In this document: piece after piece, positions 24,873 through 38,194 of the stretch
Position numbering within the stretch: the stretch's first letter is position 1
How the letters are laid out: each line of letters starts with the position of its first letter
The notes under the pieces: generated by a model
Seen by the model: only the letters and a program-made list of their open reading frames with translations
The model's database searches: none
Told to the model about the DNA's origin: nothing
Position numbers and translations under genes: made by a program
From: Felis catus
Taxonomy: Eukaryota
NCBI RefSeq assembly: GCF_018350175.1
Contig: NC_058368.1
Span: 221,156,001-221,220,000, forward strand
DNA length: 64,000 bases
Direction of reading: 5' to 3'

Positions 24873-27800
24873 TAAAGTACAGACACCAGTGGAGATTTCA
24901 TTTTTTCTTGGCAATTTTCAAATAAATGATGACTTTGAACTGGATTCCTCCTTAATTAGAAACACATTACAAAGAAATAGTGAATGTCTCATGGCACAAA
25001 CCCTGAGTCAAATCCATAACTTGGATTAAGTGGCTCTTATCATGTTTAAAGTGATGTGATCTTATTTAGAAAACACCAGGAGATCCAATGGATGATGCAA
25101 AGGTTCACCCACTTTTACCATTCGAAGAGAGCTAAGTATTCTTACCAGAGTGGGTTTGTGAACATGACTCAAGATGTGAAACTTCTACGTTATCTTTGCA
25201 GCACTGTTTGCTGTTCCTAGTGCAGCGGAAAGAGTTGATGCCCTGAGAGTTCTTGTTGCTCATGAGGTTTTGTTTGCTGTTGTTTTGTTGTTGTTTTGAA
25301 TTTTAGCCCTGAGGGTGGCCCAGTAGTGTGTGTGTGGGTGTGGGTGTGTGTAAAAGAATTGAAATAGATGGATAGAGCTTAATGAGTCTCCAGGCATCAA
25401 GGAAGAAAACCTCCTGCTGGACCTTGGGATAGACTTTTGAAAAACCATTCAATCCACTACAATATGGTGATTTCTCTATCATGTGTCTATCACCTTCCCC
25501 AATTATAAACATAGGTAAATAAATGTTTGATTAGGACTCTTTGCTTTGGAAAACATTTGAAGTCAGAGATAAGAATTGTCTTTAATGCACTATTTAATTC
25601 TAAATATCCAGTATGATGCACCATATATAGAGAGTATTATTAGATAATCACTGAATGTAGTTTTAGTACACAAATGTGAAGATACATTGAAAATCACATT
25701 TTCAAAATACTTCAATATATGAGTTACACTCTCGTGTGGTATCTTATACAATGAAATATGTTGATTACATATAAGATGACAGAATACATTATATGGTCAA
25801 TTTAATCTCATCATTTTCAATGATACTAAGTATGGTTAGGAAGTGAGAAAGGCAACAGAAGAGATGAAGAAGACAGGTGGGTCTGAGTGGTATTTCACAG
25901 GAACGATGGTCAATGTTCCTGACTTGGTGATTTGGGAAGGAGAAGAGAAGAGACCTGATTGCTTACTTCATAAAATGTGTGACACCCCTAAGTTTCTTAA
26001 GACATGAATTGCATATTTATTTGGATTAATAATCGTTTCTCGAAATCAATTTACACCATGAAATGCACCACTTAATAAATAGAAACGATCTTACTTGACT
26101 TTATTATGAAACTCAAATTGTCCTAACACTCTAAAAGCAAGTTATTTATATAATAAAAGTTACAATTTTTAAACTTCTGAATGCATAAATTAGGGATCTA
26201 TTTATGTAAGTATAGACTTCTATGGAAATTAACGTTGACTTAATGAAAAATAAGCAGGATTTCTGAACATGGTAAGTAGACAGCTGATAGACTACCAAAT
26301 GCATAATAAGTCACCCTCATTTTACCTCAAATGTTTATAAAGATAGATAAGTAGAACAGTTACATGAAAGGCAAAATGTGAAAAGCAATTATACAGGTGA
26401 ATGCTTAATTTTCCTTTTCATAAAATATATAGCTAAGGATTTAACATTTAGAAGGAAGGCAGTTTTTCATTACTATTTTTTATTAGTGTATTGATGGCTC
26501 AGAGGAAAAATAATCTCTAGGAAATTCTGTGAGTGATATATGAAATGCTATTTTGCAAGACCAGGTAAATTACAACTAATAAAGCTTCTAGTATTTAAAA
26601 GTGATCTGAGCTCCGGCAGTACAAGATAATGGTGTCGGAAGGTACTGAATTCACCTCCCCCCATGGATACACCAAATCTACAGCCACATATGGAACACTT
26701 CTCTCTGAAAAACAACTGAAAACTAACTGAAGAGTTTTGGCACAACAAAGGATAAAGTGGTCACATCAAGATGGGTAGGAAAGGAAGAAATGTGGTCTTG
26801 TTAAAAACTCAATGCCCAAACAATGATAGAAGTTTGAAATGTCTGAGGAGCAGTGAGCTGGTGCCTCACATCAGGCACCCAACCCTTCTACCAGTACTGG
26901 AGAGACATTGGCTCTGAGAACCAATGGTGTTTATGTCCAGGAGACCCAAAGGACTGTAATGACCTGAGATGCTCTTTTTAAAGGGCTTGCATGCAGAATT
27001 ACTTGCTCCAAGACCTAGCATAAAAAAGTAAAACAGGAGTTTGAAAAGTAACTACATGATATGTGAAGAAGATTCATTTTCTGGTCATAAAGCATCTGAT
27101 GGTGGGGCAGGGGCCAATCAGGATTTTCTCCAAGGTTGGAGGTCGGATCCCATTTTTGCATTCCCCTGTAACTTGCTAGCACTGGGGGACACATGCACAC
27201 ACACAGCAACCTCCCTCCTGCTGCCTCCCTAAGTCAGCAGTCAAGGAAAGTCCACACAGGGGACATCCCTTGATCACCTGGCCCTAGTGGTCATGGGTCT
27301 TGTGTTCTGGATCCCATAGGACTGTAACAATTGGGAAAAAAAAAAAAAAAAACACAAAAAACAGTTCTTGTCAAGCTTCCAAACTCAGGGCATTGCACAG
27401 ATAGCAGACTAAAACCTGCCCCCAGGCTGCCAATGAAAAGTCCTACTTATTGGCCCTGGAACTTCATCCAACATGACAGGCTTCAGTTTTGTAATGGATT
27501 TAGAGGCTATGGATGCACTCTCAGGCAGGAGGACACCATTCTTTGACCCTTCCTTGGCCTCACTAGAGCTTGCTGGTATCTCCAAAAAGGAGCTTATATG
27601 CTCTTCCTGAGCCTGCTTTCTGTAACTCTCTCCCAGTGGACACTTTCAAATCTCCATTTTCTTGAAGCCAGCAGAGTTTATTATTGTGATCCTACAAGAC
27701 TCTAAGTATTTTCATACTTTAAAAGTTGCTGCCTGAAGATCTAGCTTCTAATCAGCCTGAAACCAGGTGCTTACTGAGATCCTTCCCTTGGAATACTGAC

Positions 27801-27998
27801 ATGTCTTGGCACACACAACTGGGACCGATCAAGAGTAAATCCAGCTATGTAGACAGTCATAAAGGTTTGAGACATAACTGACAGGTGGGGCAAGGTTGAA
27901 TGATAATTTTGATTTCTGACACAAGGCCACTGTTTCAAGAATAGGCAAGGCTGCTGTTTCACTTAATACATAGAAACAAATGAAAATTGTCAAGAAAA

Positions 27999-28897
27999 AT
28001 GAGAAAACAGAGGAATAAATTCCAAAATGAAAGAACAAAGCAAAACCTCATAAAAATACTTTGTGGAAACAGAGATAAATATTCTACCTGATACAGAGTT
28101 CAAAGTAATTGATCATAATATGCTCGCTGAACTCTGGAGAAGAATGGAGGAACACATAGAGAGCTTCAACAAGGAAAATAATGTAATAATGTACCAAACA
28201 GAAGTCATAGAGTTGGAACATACAATAAGTGAACTGAAGAATACACTAGAAGGGGTAAAAAACAGACTAAATGAAGCAGAAGAACAGATCAGTGACCTGG
28301 AAGACAGGCTGGTGGAACTCATACAAACAAAACAGCAAAAAGGAAAACAAATTTAAAGATGAAGGTAGCTTTAAGGGACTTATGGGACAATAAGCAGGAT
28401 AACATTTGAACTATAGGAGACCCAGAAGGAGAAGACAGAGACAAAGGGACAGAACCCTTGTTTGAAGAAAAAGTGGCTGAAACTTCCCTGACCTGGGGAA
28501 AGAAATAGACATCAAGTCTTGGAATCACAGGGAGTTCCAAATAAGATAAACCCAGAGGCACATACCAAGACACATTAAATTAAAGTGTCAAAAGTTTGAG
28601 AGAGAATCTTAAAAATAGGAGAAAGGCAAATTGTTTCATACAAGGGAACCCTTAGAAGACTATCAGCTGATTTATTGGCAGAAATTTTGCAGACCAGAAG
28701 GCTGTGGCATGATATATTCAAAGTACTGAAAGGAAAACAAAACAAAACAAAATAGAAGTCTAAACAACAAGAATATTCCATTTAGAAAGGGTATTATTCA
28801 GAATTTGAGGAGAGATAAAGAGTTTTGCAGACAAGAAAAAGTTAAGCTCCTCACCACTAAACCAGCCTTACAGGAAATGTTATGGGGATTTCTTTAA
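27999..28897 (+). pseudogene. ORF1: L1 ORF1p relic (old L1)
   Basis: ORF-track fragment EINILPDTEFKV...ELEHTISELKNTLEGVKNRLNEAEEQISDLEDRLVE (coiled coil); many stops/frameshifts. Confidence 0.85.
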
Positions 28898-29349
28898 GCT
28901 GAAAAGAAAGGTTACTAACTAGTGAAGAAAAAATATGAAAGTAAAAATCTCAGTGGTAAATGTAAATGTATAGCAAAGATAGTAGATTAATTACTTATAA
29001 AGCTAGTATGAAGGTTAAAAGACAAAACTACTAAAATTAAGTATAACTGTGATAATTTATTAAGGGCTATCCAAAATAAAAAGATGTAAAATGTGACATA
29101 AAAAAACTTAAATCAGGGGATAAAATATAGTTTTAAGATGCTATCAAGTTAAAATAAACTGATACATATAGGCTATTACAGTGAACTCCATAATAACCAC
29201 AAAGCAGAAACCTATAGTAGATACACAAAAGGTAATGAGAGAAGAATCTACACATAACCCTATAGGAAGTCATCAAACCACAAGGGGAGAGAGCAAGAAG
29301 AGAAGAAAGGGACAGGGAGGAACTATAAAAACAGAAAGCAATTAACAAA

Positions 29350-32300
29350 ATGGCAATAAATACATACATGTCAATAATTGCTTTAAATGTAAATAAAGTA
29401 AATTTCCCCAAATGACAGACTGTTAGAATGGATTAAAAAACACACACACACACAAGACTCATCTATATGCTGTACACAAAAGAGACTCATTTCAGATGTA
29501 GGCATACACACGGAATGAAAGTGAAGGGATGATAAAAGATGTTACATGCAAATAAAAATGAAAAGAACCCTGGCATAGAGGTACTTGTAACAGAAAATAA
29601 ACTTTGAAACAAGGACTGTAATAAAAGACAAAGAAGGCATTGCATAATGATAAAGGGGTCAATCCAACAAGAGGATATAACATTAGTAATTATTTTTGCA
29701 TCTAACATAGGAACACTTAAATATAAAGCAAATATTAACAGACTTAAAGAGAGAAAATTACAGCAATACAATAATAGAAGATTTTAATACTCCATTTACA
29801 TCAAGGGGTAGATAAGCCAGACAGAAAATTAATAAGGAAATACCAGCCTTAAAAGACATATCAGACCAGAGGAACTTATTATATGTTCCATCAAAAAGCA
29901 GGAGAATGCCCATTTTTTCTCAAGTGCACATGGAATGTTCTTCAGGATAGATTACACATTATTCCATGAAACAAGAGTCAATAAATTTAAGAAGACAAAT
30001 CATATCAAGATTTTGTTTTTCTGGCCATAGTGGTATTAAACTAGAAATCAGTTACAAGAAGAAAGCTAGAAAGGTAACAACCAATCAGTCAATGAAAAAT
30101 ATCAAAGAAGACTCAAAAACCAAAAAATCCCTTGAGACAAGTGAAAATGGAACCACACCATATCAAAACCTGTGGGATATGAAGTGATGTTCTAAAAGTT
30201 CTAAAAAGGAATTTCATCAAAATATAGGCATACATCAAGAAGTGAAAAAAAATCTTCAGTGAATAATATAACTTTGTACCTAAACAATCTAGAAAAAGAG
30301 GAGAAAGTAGAGCCCAAATTAGTAGAAGAAAGGAAATAATAATAAAAAAGAGGGTTCAAATAAATAAAATCAGAAATGAAAGAGAAGTTACAACTGATAT
30401 CACAGAAATGAAAAGTATCATAAGAGACCACTAAGAACAATTATATTCCAACAAATAGGAAAACCTAGAAGAAAAGGATGAATTCCTAAAAACATGTAAT
30501 TATCCAAGACTGAATCATAATAAATAAACAGAAAATCTTAATAGGACAATTATTAGTAAGGTGAGAATCTGTAAGCAAAACTCTTTCAAATGGCTTCGGT
30601 GGTGAGTTCTACCAAATATTCAAATAAAATTTAATATCCTTTTCAAACTCTTCCAGAGAAAATTAAAGGGAAGTGAATTCTTTCAAACCCATGTTATGAG
30701 GCCAGCATTACCCTGCTACCAAACCCAGACAAGAACAACACACATGCATAAAAGAAAATTGCAGGCCAGTGTCTCTGATGAACATAGATGCAAAAGTCCT
30801 CAACAAAATATTAGCAAACTGAATTCTGTAGTACATTGAAAGGAATATTCACCATGATCAAGTGGGATTTATTTTAGGAATGCAAGGATGGTTTGACATC
30901 CAGAAACCAATCACCATGACACACCACATTAACAAAATAAAGTATAATAGTCATATGATTATCTTAATAGGTGCAGGAAAAACATTTGGCACAATTAAAC
31001 ATACATTTATGATTAAAATGCTCAAGAATGTAGGTATAAGGAGAACATACCTCGACATAATAAAAGCCATGTATGAAAAGCCCACAGCTAGCATCATACT
31101 TACCATTGGAAATCTGAAAGCATTTTCTTTAAGATCAGGAACAAGACAAGAATGTCCACACTAGCAACTTTTATTCAACATAGCATTTAAGTCCTACCCA
31201 GAACAGTTAGGCAAGAAAACAAAATAAAAGTTACCCAAATTGGAAAGAAAGAAATAAAACTGTTATTGTTTGTGGATAATGTAATTTTATATACATAAGA
31301 CCCTAAAGACTCCAACAAAAAAATATTGGAACTAATAAACAAATTCACTAAAGTTGCAGTATACAAAATCTATATACAAAAATCAGTTCTATATCTAACC
31401 ACTAACCAAAAACTATCAGAAAGATTAAAAAAAAATAATGCCTTTTCCAATTGCATCAAAAAGGATAAAATATTTTGGAATAATTTTAACCAAAGAGGTG
31501 AAAAAAAAAACTTTATACTAAACACTATAAGATATTGATAAAACAAATGAAGAAGACACAAATAAATGGAAATATATCTCATGCTTATTAGTTAGAAGAA
31601 TTCATATTGTTAAAATGCCCTTGCTACATGAAGCAATCTACAGATTCAGTGCAATTGTATCAAAATTCCAATGGCATTTTTGACTGAAATAGAACAGACA
31701 ATCCTAAAACTTGTGTAGAAACCCTAAAGACCCCAAATATTCAAAGAATTTTGAGAAAGAACAAATCTGGAGGCATCACACTCTCTGATTTAAAATTATA
31801 CTATAAAGCTATAGTAAAACAAAAAAGTATGGTAATGACAAACACAAAGAAAACACATAGATCAATGGAATGGAATAGAGAGCCTAGAAATAAACCCATG
31901 TATATATGGTCAATATATGACAGAGTAGGCAAGAATATAAAATGGGGGATGGACTGTCTCTCCAATAAATGGTGTTGGGAAAATTGGGCAGTCACATTCA
32001 AATGTAAGAAAGTAGGCTGCTTCCTTATACCAAGCACAAAAAGTAACTAAAAATGGATTAAAGAATGACTACAAGACCTGAAACTTAAACTGCTAGAAAA
32101 AAAAACAAAAGAAAACAAAAACAAAAAACAAAGGTGGTAGCTCCTTTTTAAAATATTTATTTATTTATTTATTTTGAGAGAGAGCATGCACACATGTGTG
32201 AGCTGGGGAAGGGCAGAGAGAAAATTTCAAGCAGGCTCCTTGCTGTTAGCAGGAAGCCTGACATGGGGCTCCACACAGAGGCTTGACTCAATACAGGGCT

Positions 32301-33236
32301 CAACATGGAGCTCGACAAGGGGATCCATCTCATGAACTGTGAGATCATGACCTGAGTGGAAATCAAGAGTTGGACGCTCAAATAAATGAGCCACCCAGGT
32401 GCCCCCAAAGGTGGTAGCTCCTTGACATTGGTCTTGGCATTTAATTTTGGGATCCCACTCCAAAAGCAAAGGGAACAAAAGCAAAAATAAACAAGTGGGA
32501 CTACATCAAACTAAAAAGCTTATGCATTGCAAAGGAAAGCATCAACAAAATGAAAAGACAGTCTACTGAATGGGAGAATATATTTGCATATCGTATATAT
32601 GATTAATATCTGATTAATATTCCAAAATATATAAAGAACTCAACTCAGTAGCAAAACAAACAAACAAACAAACAAAAAACACAAGCAATCCAATTTAAAA
32701 AAATGGCACAGGATCTAAATAGATATTTTTCCAAAGACATACAGAGATGGCCATTAGGCACATGAAAAGATTTTGAACATCAGTAATTATCAGAGAAATG
32801 AAAATCAAAAACACAATGAGATATCATGTAACACCTGTTAGAATGGCTATTACCAAAAAGACAAAAAATGATAGGTGTTGGAGAGGATATAAAGAAAAGG
32901 GAACCCTCTTGCACTGTTGGGAGAATGTTATTTGGTGCAACTAAAAATGTAAATTGATGAAACCAATTATAGAATGCAACCAAAAATAGAACTACCATAT
33001 GATCCAGCTATTCCACATCTGGGTATTTATCTGGAGAAAATGAAAACGCTACTTTAAAAATGTATATGCACCTGTATGGTTATTGCAGTGCTATTTATAA
33101 TAGCCAAGATATGGAAACAACCTACGTGTCCATTGATGCATGAATGGATAAAGATGTAATATATATCATAGATAGATGATAGATGGATAGATAGATAAGC
33201 AAATACAATATTATTTTGCTTAAATGTGGAATCTGA
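29350..33236 (+). pseudogene. ORF2: L1 ORF2p relic (old L1)
   Basis: Fragments GFILGMQGWF, YEKPTASII...LRSGTRQECP, KNKSGGITLSDLKLYYKAIV; RT FADD degenerated to FVDN at ~31269-31280. Confidence 0.88.
32147..32405 (-). mobile_element. Older CanSINE with internal short tandem repeats, inserted in L1 ORF2
   Basis: 18-bp TSD CAAAGGTGGTAGCTCCTT at 32129-32146 and 32406-32423; several ~11-bp GGGCTC-type repeats in the body. Confidence 0.93.
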
Positions 33237-34249
33237 TTAACAAACAAAACAAAATATACAAAACTAAACTCATAGATACAGAAAGCAGTTGGTGATTGCC
33301 AGAGGGGGGGAGTGTCAAAAGGTGAGCAAACAGGTAAAATGGGCCAAGAGGTATGAACTTCCAGATATAAAATAAGTAATGTGCAGCATTGTGACTATAG
33401 TCAGTAATATTGCACTGCATGTTTAAAAGTTGCCAAGAGAGTAAATCTTGAAGTTCTCATTGCAAGAAAAAATGTAACTATATGGTGACAAATGATAAGT
33501 AAACTTCCTGTAGTGATTATTTTGCAGTATACACAAATATAAAATTCCTATGTTGTATATCTGTACATATATACTAATATAGTAGTCTATGCCAATATTA
33601 CCTCAGTATAAACAAACAAACAAACAAACAAGATCTGAAATTTATATTTAGGATATCTTGTTTCTTGACTGATATTTCAGTTTCTGGATTTTTTTTCCTA
33701 TCTACACCATATGTCTTTAAAGGTTAATATACAGTTCCTTAGTTTTAGAATAAAGAGATTTGCAGAAGGCTGAATGAAAAGGTTTAAGGAAAAGATCTCT
33801 AGTGACTTCCCATTTTACAATGGTTATGGTTTCCTTTATGTAACAAGATGCACTTAACATCATCTGCATTTCTGCTTGGATCATAGTGAATCTTGTATCG
33901 AAGAAAGTATTTTTTTGTTGTTAAATGCAGTATCTTTATGCATCCTCTCTACTGAAAATACATTTTAGTTAATGTAGTCAATATTTTAATTTATGTTCAT
34001 CTTGTTAAGTGCTTTTATACTAGTCCCTTATACTTTTCACTTAAAGATGTAAGTTACACGTCTGCAAAAGTTATACTAAATAATTTTCTATTAATGGGTG
34101 AGTTATTTTTCCTATATAAGATGGTAAAGTTAAAATGCATACTGTTCCATTTTTATATAAACTTAAAATATTCTCCTAAAGAGAATTTAAATAACACAAA
34201 ATAGTAAAGTGTGAAAGGTAAAAGTCAAGCTAGATCATACTGCCCAAGT

Positions 34250-34638
34250 GAAAATGCTATGAAAATTTCAGGGGCCTACATCTGGACAGTTTGACTTTTA
34301 GATTCAGGTAATAGGGCTTCCTGCCAATTTCAGGATGCTCTCTGTCTGCACCTCTCACCAACAGGGGATGAGTCAAACTGTTCAAGATGAAGTGCCCAGT
34401 AGACATCCAAACACTCTCTGACCAAGCAATCAAAGATTGCTTCCAGCGCCCGCTTGAGGGTGGACATGGGGCTCCATCCATCCAACCTGGACCTCCAGGT
34501 TGTTGTAAAAGTTTATTTGTCAGGATCGGAGAATGGAGCCTATTAAATGATTCATTCTCTTTCACTGTTCAGACACATGCTATGTGGCTCTACATTTGTA
34601 CTCTTGCCTGAGCCCTACATATATCAGAGTTGAGCCTG
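34250..34638 (-). mobile_element. Ancient hAT-Tip100-like DNA transposon fragment (Zaphod/MER115-like)
   Basis: Minus strand starts CAGGCTCAACTCTGATATATGTAGGGCTCAGGCAAGAGTACAAATGTAGAGCCAC, resembling that terminus; related start at 42265; family from recall. Confidence 0.4.
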
Positions 34639-35384
34639 CTTTGGAGGTATCTTTCTGTGTTAGTGAACACACAAAACACAAAAATTGAAAATGCTTTCTC
34701 TGTAATGATATATATCTCCATACTGATCTATGTATATGTATAACCATTAAAAGCCTGATATTTTACACATCATCTTAGTATTTTATTATACTATATGTTT
34801 CTGTCTATTCCTGTTTGTTTATCCACTTATGCACATGGCCACGATGGAAGTAATCATTGTTTATCACTGTAACTCTACCAAATTAAGACCCTTTCCAACA
34901 CTTCCTTCAGTTTGTTATAATGTTTGCAATCATCTGTAACATTTCTCATGTTTCCTTTTCTATCACTGATTATATTTGACCACTAAGTTGTACATTTTCT
35001 TCAAAACTCAATTGGATTTGTCTCTTTATCATGCCACCCTGATGAGAATCACCCTCAGCAGTCTAATTTTTGCAGTGTTTCTTGGTAGGTTGTCCTGACG
35101 TAACCTCCTCTACCTATGGCAGTGTTTCTGTCCAGGTAATCTGTGAAAACTCTTTGAACATAGAGTTCTCCCCTTTGGAGCCTTGCTGAACTAAACATTC
35201 TTTCATTTCTCACCAAACTGCAGCCACTCCATGCTCTTTCCAGACCATTCATGTCATCACTTCTTTCAGTTCTTCAGGAAACACACATGAAATAAAATAA
35301 ACAATCCTCTTCCTCATCATTCCTATACCTTGTTAACTTCTTATTAGTAAGTCTTTAACTCACAGCCCAAGTATAGTCCAATAT

Positions 35385-35487
35385 TGTGTATTAGGTAAGA
35401 AGATGAGCTCTGAGTTATAATTCTGTTGCTTCATCATTTACTAGCTGTGTCACTTTGAGCCAATTATGCAAATTCATTATGTCTCAA
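35385..35487 (+). mobile_element. MIR fragment
   Basis: gagctctgag...catttactagctgtgtcactttgagc...tatgtctcaag, MIR core. Confidence 0.6.
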
Positions 35488-35791
35488 GGTATTACTTTTT
35501 TTTTTCTTCAAATCTGTGGACTTTTATCATTTCTTGAATGCCAATCTGTGATTTCTTAAGATGGTACAACATGATTGAGAAGACTATAGACAGGGACACT
35601 GATGAAAAAGACCCTGAGTTCTAATTTATCCTACATATACACTGATTTACGCTGTTTCAGCCTTAATTTTCATGAACTTAGAAGTTGACAAAAATAAAAT
35701 CCATGAGTGGGTACTAATTTAGGAAAGTCTGTAATATACACCATCATATTAGTAAGGATATTAATTGCTTTTTAAAGTGAAGGGCACTTTT

Positions 35792-36003
35792 GGGGCACCT
35801 GGGTATCTCAGTAAGTTAAGCATCTAACTCTTCATTTTGACTCAGGTCATGATCTCAAGGTTCATGAGATGGAGACCTGCGTTGGCTCTGCACTGACATT
35901 GCAGAACCTGCTTGGAATGCTCTCTGTCCCTTTCTCTGCCCCTCCCCAGACACACATGCAGTGGCACTCATGTGTGTGTGCTCTCTCTCAAAGAAAAAAA
36001 AAA
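35792..36003 (+). mobile_element. CanSINE (first of a head-to-tail pair)
   Basis: SINEC body; outer TSD AAAGTGAAGGGCACTTTT (35774-35791) / AAAGTTAAGGACACTTTT (36221-36238) brackets both SINEs. Confidence 0.9.
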
Positions 36004-36005
36004 TG

Positions 36006-36220
36006 GGGCACCTGGGGGGCTCAGTCGGTTAAGTGTCCAACTTAAGCTCAGGTTAGGATATCACGGCTGGTGAGTTCAAGCTCCGCGTTGGGTTCTGTGC
36101 TGACAGCTCAGAGCCGGAGCCTGCTTCAGATTCTGTGTCTCTCAGTCTCTCTCTGCCCCTTCCCCACTCACACTCTGTCTCTCTGTCTCTTAAAAAATAA
36201 ATAAACATTAAAAATTTTAA
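36006..36220 (+). mobile_element. CanSINE (second of the pair, in the tail of the first)
   Basis: SINEC head ggggcacctggggggctcagtcgg directly after the first element's A tail. Confidence 0.92.
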
Positions 36221-37121
36221 AAAGTTAAGGACACTTTTAACAGATTCAAGTTTTTTGTTCAAAAATTTTACAATTAATAAAAGGCAGAACTAGTTTTGTA
36301 TCCTATCTTCTCCCCTCAATTTTAATAACATTACTTTTATATATTCATTCATAAAAGCTTTTATCCAGTGCTTCCTATATACTTTTCAAAATGAAGAGTA
36401 TTAAACTTAGATGAATACTCTGTGCACTTTTATTCGTTCAATAAATATATATTAAATACAATGGAAGGTTTAAAGTATTAAAATACAGCAGCGAAAAAAA
36501 AGTCAAAATGCTTTTAAAATTTAACTTATATTTTAGTAAGGAGCTGTAGACAAACAATATGTTAATAGATGCTAAGTGCTATGAAGAATGTAAGTCAGCT
36601 TTGTACATAAAGAGTGATGGATCAGGATGTGGATCTATTTATATAGAATTTGGGAAGCCTTCTTGAATAAATTGATATGTGAGAAAAGACGTAATTTAAG
36701 TGAGGAAATGAGTCATATCCAAAATTAAGGGACAGCATTTGGAAGAGGGAATATCTAGTACAAAGGCACAGATGTAGGAATATGTGTGCAGTGTTCAAAA
36801 CCCATCAGTCATTGTGTCTGGAAGGCCGGACAGATGCAAAAGTTTTTGAGGATAGAGAAGAATTCCAAGGACAGATTAGCCTTAAAGGTCATGATAATGA
36901 ACTTGAATTGTATTACAAAGATCCTTGTAAAATAGAAGATGATTGGAGGGCATTGAGCAAATATGACTCACATTTGAAAAGCATTACTTTGGTTTCTGAA
37001 AGACGAATACAATATAAGAAGATGTGTGAAAACAAGCATTGGTAGGAGGCTAGCATAATAATCCATAACAGAAGTTAAAGGTATTATGTGCTTGGATCAT
37101 GTTGCTGGGTATGGTAAATTT

Positions 37122-37338
37122 ATTTTTAATTTTTTCAGTGTTTATTTTTGAGAGAGACAGAGACAGAGACAGAGCATAAACAGGGGAGGGGCAGAGAGAA
37201 AGGGAGACACAGAATCCAAAGCAGGCTCCAGGCTCTGAGCTGTCAGCACAGTGCCTAATGTGGGGCTCAAACTCACCAATCAGATCATGGCCTGAGCCCA
37301 AGTCAGACACTTACCCGACTGAGCCACCCAGGAGCCCC
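37122..37338 (-). mobile_element. CanSINE
   Basis: TSD TGG(G/A)TATGGTAAATTT at 37106-37121 and 37339-37354. Confidence 0.93.
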
Positions 37339-37764
37339 TGGATATGGTAAATTTTTGAATCTATTTTGAAGATTAAGCCACAGGGCATGATAGAATGTAT
37401 TTATGAATGAAATAAAGTATCAAAGAAAACTCCATGATTTAATGTGATTCAGTGATATGGGAAACACTGTGGGCAGAGATGCTTGTTTAGGGGAGGAAAT
37501 CAAAAGTTAGACTTGGGAAATGTTGAGATGTAAAATCATACAAGTAATCCAACCAGACATGTCTAGTAGCCAGTTGGATATGCATGTCTGACCTTAGGGA
37601 AAATATTTAGGTTAGAAGCTAAAGGATGAAAATTGGAAGAATATAGATTGTGTTGAAGGCCCCAGTATAGGATGAGATCACCTAGGAATAAATATAAAGG
37701 AGATAAAGTGCCCAAAGACTAAGTCCTGGGGCATTTTACAATTCATTTTACAAAAGGTAGGATT

Positions 37765-38194
37765 TGACAAAGACTCTGTCCTTGACCAAACTTCAGTCAG
37801 GCGCCCGTTGTGTGTTTGGCTTTTCCAGCCCCATCTTGGCAAGAATCCTGCTAAGTCAATTTAGGGGGAATGCTTCTATCCTTGATACCTGATCACCTTT
37901 GACGAAGGTCTTCATCCCTAACCTCTGATGTAGATAAGTCCTTGACCTGCCTTCAGCAAGAATCTTAAGTAAGATTTGCCAGAATTTCTTTAACCTTGAA
38001 GTTTCCTTTAGTAATTTTGTTTCCACTGACATCCTCACTCCGCTCTTTGGCTACAAAGCTCCAGCTGCCTTTGCTGTATTCAGAGACTTGAGCACAGTCT
38101 CTCTCTCCTGGTACATTTAGCTCTATTGCGGTAGTTCTGAATAAAATCTTTCTGATCATTTTAATAAGTGTCAGAATATTTTTTCCTTTTAACA
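37765..38194 (+). mobile_element. ERV1 solo LTR (MER31-like)
   Basis: TGACAAAGACTCTGTCCTTGACCAAACTTCAGTCAGG start, AATAAA near 38140, ...TTTTAACA end; 4-bp TSD GATT/GATC. Confidence 0.85.

Larger units (their letters stand above)
26610..33631 (+). mobile_element. Near full-length old LINE-1 (carnivore/laurasiatherian L1, L1_Carn-like), inactive
   Basis: 5' UTR (caagata..ggtgtcggaagg...acaccaaatctaca), ORF1 and ORF2 relics in order, 3' UTR and (AAAC)n tail; possible TSD remnant GATCTGA at 26603-26609 and 33632-33638. Confidence 0.92.
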
